In this document: piece by piece, positions 22,571-34,300 of the stretch
Position numbering within the stretch: the stretch's first letter is position 1
Layout: the number at the start of each line of letters is the position of its first letter
NCBI GenBank assembly: GCA_918797485.1
Contig: CAKKNE010000005.1
Location: forward strand, 3,100,001 to 3,164,000
DNA: 64,000 bases
From: Pelagomonas calceolata
Taxonomy: Eukaryota
Direction of reading: 5' to 3'
Notes under the pieces: generated by a model
What the model was told of the DNA's origin: nothing
Database searches by the model: none
The model's input: the letters and a program-made list of their open reading frames with translations, nothing else
Program-made: the position numbers and the translations under genes

Positions 22571-23247
22571 CTAGAGTAACTCCTTGATCGCCGCGGCGAG
22601 ATCGACGCCTGAGGCATCACTCACCTTACCGTCCTTGGACACGAGGAAGCTTCCGCCGAAATTCCACGTCGGCGGCGACGCGCCGCTTTCGAACTGCATG
22701 GCCTGCCAGGCCTCGCGGTCGCCGAGATTTTTCTTCTGCAGCAATACTCCGCGGGGCGGCTGCGGGAAGTTCACGCGTCCGTAGGCGAAATCTCGGATTG
22801 CCTCGTCGGTGGGGAGTTCCTGCCCGCCGAACTCGCCCGTCGGGAAAGCCAGGATTGCTAAATCGTCTCCGAACTCGGCGCTGAGCGCGGCCATCGTTTT
22901 GTACGACGACCGCGTCCGGCCTCAGGCGGAGGCGACGTTTTGCGCGAAGCAGACTTTGCCCTCGAACTGCGAGAACGAGACCTGCGACGAGACTGTCAGA
23001 ACACGTCGACGGCGTTTGCTGCACAGGAATGCACAGCGCTGCCGTCCGTCGCGACGTCCTCGAGGTCGTAGAAGGCCGCGCCTGCGTAAAAATTCGTTTG
23101 CTACCAGTGACCGCCGTCAGCCTCCGCGCCATCGACCAGTCCTACGCGTCGAATTTCGATTCATGCGATCGTTTAGGCAACCAGCACACACTGCACACTG
23201 CAAACTGGACGCTGCAACGCACGGCTTGCGCCACCGCGGACGCTCAT
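22571..23247 (-). CDS. GPX: Selenocysteine glutathione peroxidase (Sec TGA at 22922-22924); exons 22571..22981, 23035..23081 and a short uncertain first exon
   Basis: AAFYDLEDVATDGSA|VSFSQFEGKVCFAQNVASA-TGA-GRTRSSY...ILAFPTGEFGGQE...PTWNFGGSFLV; the TGA is at the catalytic NVASxUG position; SECIS downstream. ATG 23247 is tentative. Confidence 0.88.
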
Positions 23248-23396
23248 CTTGCGAGTGGACTTCACAAGTGCCGACGCGACGGTCAGCAACCCAGCGCGAA
23301 CAACGCGCATAGCTGTGAGTGTGAGAGCACTGACTGCCACTCTTGCCAAGCTGGCAGAGCAGACGGCCGCCGTGCAAGAGAAATCCATATATTTAC

Positions 23397-24291
23397 TCAG
23401 CACACGAGGTCGAAGTACCCGCACGCATCGCAGGTCGCACAAAGGAGCGGGTAGCCCGTCCGGTCGTCCACGCGAAAGACGGGGGAGCGCGGGCACCCGG
23501 CCTGCGTGTGCGCTCTGAACGTCGCAGCTAAGGAAGCAGACACGTCGTCCAGGCTCAGGCCGTCGCGCTGGTCCGGCAATGCCAAATCACACTTGTCGCA
23601 CGCGATCGCCAGATCCGCGCCGCGCCGCCCCAGCCGCCCTCCCTCACAACAAGGGCATGGTACTGTGGGGCCCTCGAAGGCGTCCCGCAGCTCCTCCGCT
23701 TCGAACGCTAAGCCCGCGGCCTCCGCCGTTAATGCCTGCGTGGAAATCATATTTCCCTTGCCCCACGCCATCGACGCGCTTGATTCCGTAGCTGCGTCTG
23801 CGTCTGCGCGATGGCGTGGAGGCTCACGAAGGTCCACCCAATATTTCTCAGGATAACCTAACTCACTGGTTGATTTCCACACAGGTTCATGCTTCGATCG
23901 CCTCCTCGGCTTCGATCTCTTTATCCCATGCGCGGATCTCCCTTTCTAATTCCTCCATGAGCGCGGCCTCGTCCTCCGGCGTGAGGTGGAAGTCCGGTTC
24001 GTAGGGGTCTAGTTCAGGTGGTACCGCTTCCCGCAGTTTCTTCGTGAACTCGTCACCGCCGTAATCCTCATCGCGGACCCGCTTCCGCCGCCCAAGGACG
24101 TCGTCCAACAACGCTTGCGCGCGGTTGTGCGGCGTCTGCGTCCGTTTGGCTCGATGCTTCGCTTCTCTATCTGCTCGGATCCGCGCGAGGCATTTTTGCC
24201 TTACGGTCACGAGGTGCGCGTCGGGCTCGCGCTTTTTGGGCGGGAGGCGCGCGGGCGCGTCCTCACCGCCGGGCGTGACGAGGGTGGCCAT
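23397..24291 (-). CDS. RPAIN: RPA-interacting protein-like, join(complement 23893..24291, 23397..23735)
   Basis: RQKCLARIRADR N-terminal motif; C-terminal CPCC..CDKC..H...GC...CDACGY zinc motifs; GC-AG intron joins EEAIE|ALTAE. Confidence 0.75.
23736..23892 (-). mobile_element. Introner element (157-bp GC-AG intron)
   Basis: TSD GCATGAAC / GCATTAAC; TIR CTGTGTGGAAATCA...TGATTTCCACGCAG; internal CCACGCCATCG hairpin. Confidence 0.92.
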
Positions 24292-24647
24292 GCTGGGGTG
24301 CGCGCGCCGCTTGTTTTATGTAGCGTCGATGGCGTGAGGGCGCGTCGACTGCGTGCCGCGTCGACTGCGTGCCGAGGGCCAGTCCAGGGATCGTGCTCAG
24401 GCGTGCTGCCGGAGCTGAGGCGCCAGTCCAGGGAGTGCTCAGGCGTCGTGCCGAGCGATGAGGAGATGTGAGGAGCTCTGCCGCTTGCCGCAGTCGTCAA
24501 TAGCTTTTGTGCGGCGAGATGAAATGGACGCGCGCTATGTTAAAGCTAGCGTGAATAATGACACTAGAAATTTTGGCTGAGCGTCTCCTGTACGCCATCG
24601 ACGCGGCCACACGAGTCCTAGCACAGGCGTAACGGAAAACCGGGCCA

Positions 24648-26162
24648 TTACAAGGGACAGCAGACCAGCGCCTGGAGCGCCCGGTCGACGCGGTCCGCGA
24701 GCGACAAATCAGCATCGGGCCACTTCGTCAGGCCGATGCGCACGGCCGCCTCGACGAACTCGGGAAACGACATCAGCGCGTGGGCCTGCTTCAGATTCGT
24801 TTTTCCCGTTTCTACCGAGGGCGTGAACGCTGATTCGGACTGGGCCGCCGCGAAGGTCTGCCGCGCGTCGCGAAGTGTTAATGTCTTGCCGTCGCCGTCG
24901 CCGACCAGTCCCGCGCCATCGACGATGCCCACGAACTCCACTACTGAAAGTTCGTTCTTTACCGAGAGGGCTCTCGCCTCAAATAACCTCCTCAGATCAT
25001 CCTCGACGTCGTACACGCGCGCCAAGACCGAATCTGTATTGAGCGCAATTTTTCCCGCACTGCCAGGCAGCTTCCTGGCTATTAAAGGTGCGATCCGCAC
25101 CTCCAGCATGATCTCCAGCTTCTCGGCCTTGTTTTTTATGGTGGCGAACTCGGCGGCCCAGGCCGGCGAGCCCGGCGCGCCGCCGCCGTGCTCCGGAGAA
25201 CCATCGGTGGACGCCATAAACAACGAAAACCAGATCAGTGAATTGAGGAACTCGGGCCGCGCGACGTGCGCCGTTTGGATGGTACTACCACCCCTTCTAC
25301 TTCTCTTGTCCGGTTGCCGGTGCGAATGAGAAAAATCCCCATTACACTCCTGGAAGCACGACACCATGACGGACGTAGCATGCGGGCCCGTCGCCACGAG
25401 CGACGCCTGATGACAAAAATCCTCGAATTCCGACAGCTCCAAATCTTGGGCATCGGCAATCGAACTACCAGAAGCAGCAAAGGTCTTGAACAATTCATCT
25501 AACTGGACGTAGTGCTGCTTCAGGACGTCCTTGACGCGCCCCTGCTCCTCGGGATCTTCCACCAACGCATCTAAGACGCGCTTCTTGTTCATGCTGAACC
25601 AATCTTCTGATAGAGCTTCTTCCACCGCGTCCTGGTCGGGTAATTGATCTTTAATAATCTCGCGCACATGATCGGCCTTCCGCATGTTCTCGAGCCGGTC
25701 CGCTTCGTCCTCGATGGCCTTTGCTGCTACTTTTTTCGCATTTTGCGCGTCGTACTCCTCGGCGATCGCGGCGTCGCGCTTTGCCGAAGACGACGGCGAC
25801 ACGGCGAAGGCGATGGTCTGCCACCTCGACTTGACCGGCGAGCCGGCCTCGTCGACGTAAACGCGGGGCGCGACCTCGACCGTGAGGTGATCGCCGTCTT
25901 GTAATTGCTCAACGAGCAACGCGTCGGGGTGGAAGAAGTCCTGATCCTCCGTGTAGCATCGTGAAGGTACTAAATTGGTGTTCGCGGGGTTCGTGCAGGG
26001 GAACTTGCGCTCCCTTTGCCGCAATTTACCCTTTGGGCTCTCGCTGCCGAAGCGCTGCGCCGCGGCGAGGGCCAGCCACTTGAAGGACTTGCGGCCGTCG
26101 CCGACTTGTATTTTGAAGGTGCTCGTGCGGTCTCCCGATTCTACTCTTACGACGAGCTGCAT
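24648..26162 (-). CDS. Hypothetical protein with degenerate EF-hand-like helices
   Basis: Long ORF from MQLVVRVE; LELSEFEDF, LSVVEFVGI and MSFPEFVEA motifs. Confidence 0.7.
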   Translation of the reverse strand: MQLVVRVESGDRTSTFKIQVGDGRKSFKWLALAAAQRFGSESPKGKLRQRERKFPCTNPANTNLVPSRCYTEDQDFFHPDALLVEQLQDGDHLTVEVAPRVYVDEAGSPVKSRWQTIAFAVSPSSSAKRDAAIAEEYDAQNAKKVAAKAIEDEADRLENMRKADHVREIIKDQLPDQDAVEEALSEDWFSMNKKRVLDALVEDPEEQGRVKDVLKQHYVQLDELFKTFAASGSSIADAQDLELSEFEDFCHQASLVATGPHATSVMVSCFQECNGDFSHSHRQPDKRSRRGGSTIQTAHVARPEFLNSLIWFSLFMASTDGSPEHGGGAPGSPAWAAEFATIKNKAEKLEIMLEVRIAPLIARKLPGSAGKIALNTDSVLARVYDVEDDLRRLFEARALSVKNELSVVEFVGIVDGAGLVGDGDGKTLTLRDARQTFAAAQSESAFTPSVETGKTNLKQAHALMSFPEFVEAAVRIGLTKWPDADLSLADRVDRALQALVCCPL

Positions 26163-26392
26163 GCTTCTCTTGGTTGTGCTTGTTTTTGTGCTGGGGCAGC
26201 AGCTGTGGCTTCTCTGTTGGCTGCGCACTTGTTTTTATGTTGGGCAGCCTTTGTTCGTCGCGTATGCGTCTCGTTCGCGCGCCCGGGGCAGCCTTGCGTT
26301 GATTTCTTGGGCCTCCCTGCCGCTTGGGAGAGCTTTTGTCTGGCGGCGGTTTCGCCCGGGCGTTCGCGACCAAAAATACAAACAACAGACCC

Positions 26393-26809
26393 TTAGCCGT
26401 AGTCGAAGCCCGAGAGAAACTGGACGCAGAGCGTCGCGCCGACCGCGACGAGCGCGCCGACGAAGTTAATCGAGAAGGCGAACGCGGCCCTATCGTTCGC
26501 GACGTCCTGGGGCAGGCCGTACCAGTCGTCCTCGCAGCGCCGGCCGACGGTCAGGCCGCCGACGGCGCCGCCCGCGCTCAGCAACGCCTGCACCACCGTC
26601 GGCGCGGGGCACGTCGTCGCCCAGAGGCCGACCGCCACGCACAGCAGCCAGCAGGACATCTTCGGCATCCAGATGGACCGCACGGAAGTGAGCAGTACCG
26701 TGTCGCAATATGGTGTTTTTGATCGTGCATATGTCTGAGCGCTCTGTTGATCCAACGTGGCATAAAAACAGTGGTGGTCGTCTTTGGGGCTCGTGGCGGG
26801 GCTTGTCAT
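26393..26809 (-). CDS. Small membrane protein (start uncertain)
   Basis: Hydrophobic segments and GC3 bias in 26393-26670. Confidence 0.4.
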   Translation of the reverse strand: MTSPATSPKDDHHCFYATLDQQSAQTYARSKTPYCDTVLLTSVRSIWMPKMSCWLLCVAVGLWATTCPAPTVVQALLSAGGAVGGLTVGRRCEDDWYGLPQDVANDRAAFAFSINFVGALVAVGATLCVQFLSGFDYG

Positions 26810-27292
26810 CGTTGCGGTCGCTGCGACGCCTTATTACTGCGGTCGACGCTGGTGCCGTGCGGCGACGCCTGATTACTGCGCCGTGCGTCGACGGCGCTGA
26901 GGCGGTGCACTTTTTGGCAGCTGTAGTGTGATCGCTGCGGCGAGCCAGCGGTGGTGCGGCGTGGCCAAAATTGATGGCACTACTGCGTAGAGTCCCTTTG
27001 AAGCTCACACTGATCAATTGTGACCACAATTGCCTCGTTCACTCCTAACTTGCTTGCATGGCTTCCTAGTGTCTTACTGTCGCTAGCCGGCCCAACTTTG
27101 CTTGGCTTGCTTAGCGAGGCTAACCGGCCGACGGCGGGGCCTCAGGCGACGCATTAAGACGGCCCGAGGCCGGCGAGTCGAGCCAAGTCAACCGCGAAGC
27201 CTCTGACGACCGGGGGTTGAAAAAATTTCATATCCCCCTGATCAAGGCAAAAGACAAATCGTTGCGACGGCGAAGTGGTGCGATCAATACAA

Positions 27293-27943
27293 ATGGGCAA
27301 AGGCAGAGGTCCAGATTGTTGCGGCGCCTGCTCGTGCGGCATTTGCTGTGCCGTGTTTATCCTGCTCGCCGGCGTCGTGACGTGGGCCTGCGTTTGGGGG
27401 ATCGAATATAATCCAAACGTAAACGTCAAAACGCTCGATGTGGACCTGCGAGAGATCAGGGTGAACATCTATAATCGCAATCTCTACGCCACCGAGTTCT
27501 CCGAATTCGACTTGAGACTCGAAGCCAAGGCCGGGAACAAAATCAGAATCGGCGGGAACTACAAGACGAGCAGCTCGATCAACGTGAAGCCGCAAACCGG
27601 TAAACGGCGGGACCTGCACCGCGAGGGCGACGCGCTGTCGATGCAACTCGACCCCGACGACTACGCCAAGCTCATGGAGAAGTGCGCCGAGAAGGGCCGC
27701 CTCAAGGTCAAAATGAAGGGCCACCTCAAACAGCGCCGCGCGCAGAGCGGCGAGGCGAAAAAGAAGACGAGGGTGATCAGCCAGTGGGAGAACGTGGACT
27801 GTGGCGAGGTATTCTACACGGGCTCAGGCTGTACGACTTGCCTCGAGGGTTCGCCTTCTCCAACAGGCCCGTGCCAACAGTCGAACGGCCTGTGTTGGGC
27901 GCTCGACGGCGAGGTTTGCCCGACGGGGACGACGCTCTGCTAA
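27293..27943 (+). CDS. Single-pass membrane protein, LEA_2-like beta domain with Cys-rich tail
   Basis: CC-rich N-terminus, one TM helix, alternating beta pattern, C-terminal Cys-rich module. Confidence 0.65.
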   Translation: MGKGRGPDCCGACSCGICCAVFILLAGVVTWACVWGIEYNPNVNVKTLDVDLREIRVNIYNRNLYATEFSEFDLRLEAKAGNKIRIGGNYKTSSSINVKPQTGKRRDLHREGDALSMQLDPDDYAKLMEKCAEKGRLKVKMKGHLKQRRAQSGEAKKKTRVISQWENVDCGEVFYTGSGCTTCLEGSPSPTGPCQQSNGLCWALDGEVCPTGTTLC

Positions 27944-27950
27944 GGTAGTG

Positions 27951-29264
27951 CTATCTTAGTTTAACCGCCTCGACCACCGTCTCCGCCGCGCCGCTCGCCA
28001 CCGTCTCGGCGGCGGCTGCTACCGTCTCCGCGACGGTCTCCGCGACGGATTCGGCTGCAGCGGAGACTGTCTCCGCGGCCGCGCCGACGGCGGCGTTGAT
28101 GGTTGCCTCGGCCGCGGCCGCCGCGGCCTCGGCATTGACCTCGGCGATATCGGCCACCGTGCTCGCGTCGGCGGCGTCGGCCAGCGCATCGGCCGCGCCG
28201 CCGACGACGGGCCGCCACCGCTCCGGGATGAGGTCCACGACGCGGCCCCGCATCAACCCGAGATGCCGCCGGCACCACTCCAGCGCGAGATGCACGGCGG
28301 CCGTCACGAAGTGCTTCGCGTCGGCCGGCTTGAGCACCTCGAAGTGAACGGCCGCCGCGACGCCGCCTGCGACGACGCCCACGGCCCCGACGCGGTAGCC
28401 GGCCTTGGACAGCGCCACCCTCCTTTCCTCGGCGTCGTCGGCCTTCCAGCCGTGCTGCGCCGCGATGTCGTCGAATTTGCGCACGTCAAAGCTCCCGGCG
28501 ACGCGCGCCGTGCCGTCGGGCCGTCGGGGCGGCGGCCGCGGGCCCCGGCGCACCGGTCGCGGCGGCGGCGGCGGCGCGCGCCGCTTCGACGGCTTCTTCG
28601 TCTTGACGATGGACTGCTGCTTGACCACCTCCTTGGCCCACTCGGCCTCCTCGTCGGCCCAGGTCTTGTAGAGCTGGGGCGGCGCCGCCGTGGCCGCTGC
28701 ATTAATGGTCTGGACGGCGCCCCTCTTCGCTTGCGTGCCCGCATAGCGTAAGACGCGCCACCGGTGCACGCGCAGATGCTTGAGCTTCGTGTCCTTCCAG
28801 GTCTTTTTTGTGGACGATGATGAGGACGCACCGGTGGCGACGTGGCGGCCCAAAGCGCACTTTGCGTTCTTGTCTGCGAGGCCCTGCGCCACCAACCTCA
28901 CAACGTCGGCGCCGCCGAACGGGCCCCGCGTCTGGCCGTCGGAGCACGCGATGAAGTAGGGCCCGCCGTCCCTGACCTCTTCGGCGCGCTGCGCGTGGGG
29001 CGCTAATTCCACAACCTCGTAGCCGGCCGGCACGGCGGGCGGCTGCGGGTACGGGCCGTGCAGCAGGCCGCTGGCCTCGCGGACGTAGAACTCCGGTCCT
29101 GGTGGGAGCTGTGCTTCGTGTGGTCGCATCGGTGCGCCCATCGGTGCGCCCGGCATCGGTGCGCCGCCAGGCGGCAGGCTGGCACTTGCTGCAGCAGCAA
29201 GGGCGCCACAGATCAGGGCTCGACGTCGTAGCGATGCAGCGCTGCTGTGATGCATCTGTGCCAT
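27951..29264 (-). CDS. Membrane protein with GYF_2-like domain
   Basis: YFIACSDGQTRGPF...VVRLVAQGL resembles GYF_2; signal-like ALICGALAAAASA; one TM; AAETV repeats. Confidence 0.6.
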   Translation of the reverse strand: MAQMHHSSAASLRRRALICGALAAAASASLPPGGAPMPGAPMGAPMRPHEAQLPPGPEFYVREASGLLHGPYPQPPAVPAGYEVVELAPHAQRAEEVRDGGPYFIACSDGQTRGPFGGADVVRLVAQGLADKNAKCALGRHVATGASSSSSTKKTWKDTKLKHLRVHRWRVLRYAGTQAKRGAVQTINAAATAAPPQLYKTWADEEAEWAKEVVKQQSIVKTKKPSKRRAPPPPPRPVRRGPRPPPRRPDGTARVAGSFDVRKFDDIAAQHGWKADDAEERRVALSKAGYRVGAVGVVAGGVAAAVHFEVLKPADAKHFVTAAVHLALEWCRRHLGLMRGRVVDLIPERWRPVVGGAADALADAADASTVADIAEVNAEAAAAAAEATINAAVGAAAETVSAAAESVAETVAETVAAAAETVASGAAETVVEAVKLR

Positions 29265-29529
29265 GTCTTTGGCGTCGCGCAGCGCCACGGACGACGAGTT
29301 AACTGCGTTGCAGCGTGCCGTCCACCTGGAGCATGCTTGCTAGTGTCTTACGTGCGCTAGCTAGCGTTGCGCGCTGGTTTTTGATCGATTTTGGGCTGTA
29401 CCACGCCCACCCGCGCTCGTAGACGGCACAGAGAATTCGTCGTTCATTGCTCGCAGCGAGCAGTCGGCTGAGCGGGTTCAGTGAGGCTAATTGTGTCCTC
29501 AGACAGCAGGCTGGACCAGCTCTTGGTAG

Positions 29530-30372
29530 ATGGTCCCAGAAGATATCGGCGACGCAGCCCAGGACGCCGAAAACGATGCCGAAGCGGCTCGCGTGAAAGC
29601 TTGGCTCGATAGCGGAGGTGACGTAAATGACGTCGATAAGGACCGCTACACGCTGATTCATTGTTGTGCGATTGGGACCCGCGACAGGGCTTCTGAGGTC
29701 ACCGACGCACACGTCTCTCTGGCGCGAACGCTGATAGCGCTCGGCGCCGACGTCAACACCACTGACACTTTTGGGGACACCCCGTTACACAACGCTCTGG
29801 CAAACGCGTGGCGAGGTAGGGCTTGGCAAGATATGCTCAAGCTCTTGTTACAAGCAAAAGCGAACCCAAACGCCAGAAATAATGAAGACGAAACGCCGCT
29901 CCAACACGCGATCGCGATAGATCAAAAGTATGAACTATCAAACCCCCCATTGGATCTCCGGGCCAGCAGGTCGCTTATAGCTCTTCGCTTGCTACTACGT
30001 GCTGGCGCCTGGTTGGATCATAAGGAGCGGGATGAGGCTGCTTCCGATGGATGGAAGACTCTCATCACAGCCGAAGACATTATGACAACTCTCTATGGAT
30101 ACAATAACGAGGACGAAAAGGTCGTCGCGCTCAATGCCCTCGTCGACGGCGTGCGAAAGCACGGCACGTACAAGAGGTACATGCGCGCGCCGCACCGAGA
30201 ATTTCTGGCCGTCCGCGGCCTCGCCCAGCGCGGCAAATTATCGATTGAGGATTTTAGGGTCTACGGCACTTCCGGGACGACGCGGATACGGTCCGCCCTG
30301 AATTTCATCGCGCGGCTCGGCGACAACGGCGTCTGCTGGCACATCCTCACTTACTGGCGCGCGACGGACTAG
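29530..30372 (+). CDS. Ankyrin-repeat protein
   Basis: GGDVNDVD, GADVNTTDTFGDTPLHNA, ANPNARNNEDETPLQHA. Confidence 0.9.
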   Translation: MVPEDIGDAAQDAENDAEAARVKAWLDSGGDVNDVDKDRYTLIHCCAIGTRDRASEVTDAHVSLARTLIALGADVNTTDTFGDTPLHNALANAWRGRAWQDMLKLLLQAKANPNARNNEDETPLQHAIAIDQKYELSNPPLDLRASRSLIALRLLLRAGAWLDHKERDEAASDGWKTLITAEDIMTTLYGYNNEDEKVVALNALVDGVRKHGTYKRYMRAPHREFLAVRGLAQRGKLSIEDFRVYGTSGTTRIRSALNFIARLGDNGVCWHILTYWRATD

Positions 30373-30790
30373 GCAGTGAATGAAATAATTATGGGTTGTG
30401 TAACTGTACTTAGCGGCGGTGGCGCGCCTTGTGCGCAAGCGACCGCCCCGGCGGCCCCGCATGTTGGGATTTTCTGCGGGCGTCGCCATGATTCACCGTG
30501 AAATGACCGAATCCCAGAAAGGGCTCCACGAAGGCTTCTGCTGGTACCACGGTTCATTGGTACGAGCCCAGTAGCTCTTGATAATGGGGATCAAGACCGC
30601 GGGCAGAGTGAGGGGGCCCGTGCCCCTGCCGAGCAGGTCGATGAGCACGAACTGGTCCATGCGTATCTGGACATACCTCGTGTATCCCGAGGTGTTGCCA
30701 TATCTCAAATACTCCGAGAACGTCGGAGGGATAGCCCAATCGCGTGGCGCGGAACCAAAGCCATGTTCGGCCGACGAGTAAAAAACACCC

Positions 30791-31258
30791 ATGGATGCAA
30801 AAGCTAACCCAAATGCGAGAACTCGAAGCGGCGAAACCTCGCTCAAAATAGCGATAGCGGAAATTTACGACAGAGACACGTCGCTTGCAGTAATTCGCAT
30901 GCTACTGCGTGCCGGCGCCTCATTGGATTGCGACAAGCGCGGTGGCAAGTTCATTACCGCCGAAGACATTATGAGCGGTTGCTACGACGACGAGGAGGAG
31001 GAGAACGACGAAGCCGTCGTCGCGATCAAGGCCCTCATCGCCGGTGTCCGCAAATACGGCACGTACAAGCGGTACATGCGCGCGCCGCACCGGGAATTTC
31101 TGGCTGTCCGCGGCCTCGCCCAGCGCGGCAAATTAGCGGTTCAGCTCGCGATAACGGCTCGCGCGGCTAGGGAGAATCCCGCACTGAACTTCATCGCGCG
31201 GCTCGGCGACAACGGCGTGTGCTGGCACATCCTCACTTACTGGCGCGGGACCGACTAG
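30791..31258 (+). pseudogene. 5'-truncated tandem paralog of the ankyrin gene
   Basis: Starts mid-repeat at AKANPNAR; near-identical GTYKRYMRAPHREFLAVRGLAQRGKL and ALNFIARLGDNGVCWHILTYWR.TD. Confidence 0.65.
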
Positions 31259-31354
31259 GCAGTAAAAACCAAGTATGACTAGTAGCCAAAGATGATACAC
31301 AAGACCGGGCAACATCGATTCATACTACATAACTTAGACGCGCGAAGAGCCACT

Positions 31355-34300
31355 CTATACGGCCAAGCCCTTCAGCTCCGCGACGACCGTGTCGACTAAA
31401 CCTTGATCCGAGGCCTTCACGTCGACCTTGAGCCGCTTGTCGTTCGCCTTGACGAGCAGGGCGACGTGGCCGCCGCTTCCCGCCACGGCGTGCAGCGACG
31501 CCGCGCCGGCGGAGCGCTCGACGACCGAGGCGCGCAGTTTTGATGCGACGGCGCCGATGGGATCGTCAGAGGCGCCCGTCCGCTTTACACGTACTGATGA
31601 TGAGCACCAGCCGTCCGTCGCCGCGAGCAGCTGCGCGAAATCTGATGGAGACGTCTGCCCCGGCGACAAGTCCAACGACGGTCCGAGCAGCGCCTGCGTG
31701 TGTATATGATGAGCGGGGCTTTCGCACGCACGTATATATGTATAAAACAAAAGAAGCCTCGGCATATTGGGACCGTAGTGGTCATCAGAAAAAGTCAGCT
31801 TGCAGTTAAAAAGCTTGTATTGTGTGGGTAATCGTCAAAGGCCGTTCACAAATAACTAAGACGCCGGGCGACGCACGTCGACGGGAGGTGCTTGCGCCGG
31901 CGGCGCGTCGCCCGTGCCGAGCAGGTCGAAGACATCACCGGAAGGTTGTGGAGGCGGCGGCGGCGATGAAGTGCCAAAGCCTAGTAAATCTTCCTCCGAA
32001 GCAGCTTTCTCCTTCTTCTTGCTCTTCTTGGACTTCTTCTCCTTCTTCTCCTTCTTCTTCGGCTTTGCTGGTGCCGCCCAGTCGGGCTCGGAGCGCGGCG
32101 CCGCCTCGACGACGCGGTGCTGCCGCTGCGGCATGACCTCGTCCGCTCTTAAAGGAGCCGTCAGGTCGATCTGCGACAGGTCCAGGGCGTCGGGGTCCGC
32201 GTCCTCGGCGACGGCGGCGAGCTTCTTCTTCTTGTCCTTCTTCTTCCTGCGTGGCGAGGGACCGGCGTCGCGTCGACGGCGCGCGGGCGGGTCGAGGCGC
32301 TCGCGCGGACGGCGTCCGACCCCAGGACAACGACCGCGGACACTACTGGACGCCGCGACGCGCCGCTTGCCCTCGTCGTCGCTCACGCCGTCCGGCAGCG
32401 AGTCCTCGACGTAGACGTCGGCGCGCCCGACCTTCCGCGACTTCTTCTTCTTGCTCTTCTTGTCCTTCTTCGATGATAGGTCCTTCTTCGACAACCTAAC
32501 CACAGGCACGTCGTCCACAGAAACGTCGCCGGGCCGCACGTGCCCGCCGCCGATGTAGAACGGGTCCTCGTGGTCCGGGTTGAGCCTACTACTGGATTTC
32601 TTCTTCTTCTTCTTGTCCTTCTTCTTCTTTTTCTTCTTCTCGCCTTCACTCGACTCGTCATCACTACCTTTAATATCATAAAAACCACCGGTCTCCGCGA
32701 ACGCGTCGTCGTCGTCAAATCCCGCGTCGAAGGTCTCGTCGGCCTCCCCAAAGGAGCAGGGCTTCGTCGCTGGATCCGGTTGCTCGAGGAAGGCTGTCAG
32801 AGTTGTTTCCGAGAAAGGTTTTGATAGATCTAAACCTTGTGGTTTGGGCACTCGCGCTTGCGCCTTGGGATTCACGGGGACCATGCGCTCGGAGACCGTC
32901 GCTCGGAGAGCTGCTGACGAATTACGACATTGTTGGGCGTTCGACCAGGCGCCCAAGGTTGTTAATAAAGATTTCAATGCCGTAGCTCGCTCTTGCACCT
33001 CGACGTGTCCTGATCGCAGGAAGACATCTAATCGCTCGGACAATAACTGTAATGCTGGAGATAACTCGTCGGAATCCTCCGACGAGAGCACCGTGATGAC
33101 CTTCAGCGTGTTCTGGAGGTAGACGGCCTGGACTCGTGCCGGTAGTCGAGTGGTGCCCGGTCTCGTGAGCACATCTACTAACGTCACTCTAGGCTGTTCC
33201 GACGGGAATGCAGGTAACGCGTCCTCCTCGTCATCAGATTCATCATCTGATTCATCCTCCTCCTCCAGTAAGTGACTTGCAAACTCGCCCGCGATCCAAG
33301 CTGCGGCCGCGAGCACGTCTCCTACAGCCGCGAGACCTTGGCCTACCTCCAACTTGTCGTCTAAGAGTAACCGTAAAGCGTCTCGGGCCGCAAACGCTCG
33401 CACCGGCCTTACTCGCATGGTGATATCGACCAGTTGCGAAGCTAGTAAAGCACCGTGCTTCTGCGCACCTCGTAAGCGAGCTAACTGTACCAGTACATTA
33501 AGATACCAGACGAAGTCCGACAGATAGGCATATTTGTCTCTTGAACACACCAGAATGATCCTCGACACGAGTTCGTCTCGATACGCGCCGTCGGCCTGTC
33601 TGACATGAGCTAACAATTTCAGAACTAAATCCTCCAACGTCTTCCGCGTGACCATGCCCGTCAACAATTCTAAAGCCCTCGTGCGAATCGTAACGTCGTC
33701 ATCCGACAGACATAGCAGTACTAACTCCCTATGTTCTACAACCGCCCGCGGATGCGACTTCATGAGCTCAACAAACCCGACCAGCCCCAGATACTTCAGG
33801 TTCTGGTCCGGGTCGTCGACGAACTGCCTGAGATGGTCCGCGCACAACCGCACGACACCAGGGGCATTTCGGGAATCACTACCATCAGCCTTTTTTGTAT
33901 ATGGTAATGCTAGCGTTAAGGTATGGATACACTCGTACTGTAACGACTTGGCGGCCGTGTTCTGCACTATCGTAGCTAAAGGTTCCAGTAGCTTCCTAGC
34001 TAACCGAGGCTCGCGAGGCACCAGAGCACCCATCAACTTAACGACCTTAATGAGCATCCAGTTATTTGATGACGTCGTGAGCAACCGAAAAAACTGGGGC
34101 GCCATACTCAAGTAGTTGTTCGGGTTCTTGTTGGCGAGCTCGCAGACGACGTTCACGGCGCACGACGCCACGGCCGGTTCCGCATCATCTAAGCGAGCCT
34201 TGAGCTTGTCAAAGGTCAACCGCAGGCCTTGCGGGTACCTTACAAAAAGCTTGAACATGGCGCTCGTCGCCTTTTTTCTCACGTAGGGTTTCGAGTGGGC

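Noticed and set aside
24330..24455. Short direct repeats (GCCAGTCCAGGGA..GTGCTCAGGCGT x2; GCGTCGACTGCGTGCCG x2)
   Set aside because: Only two copies each, in the upstream region of the RPAIN-like gene; consistent with local slippage.
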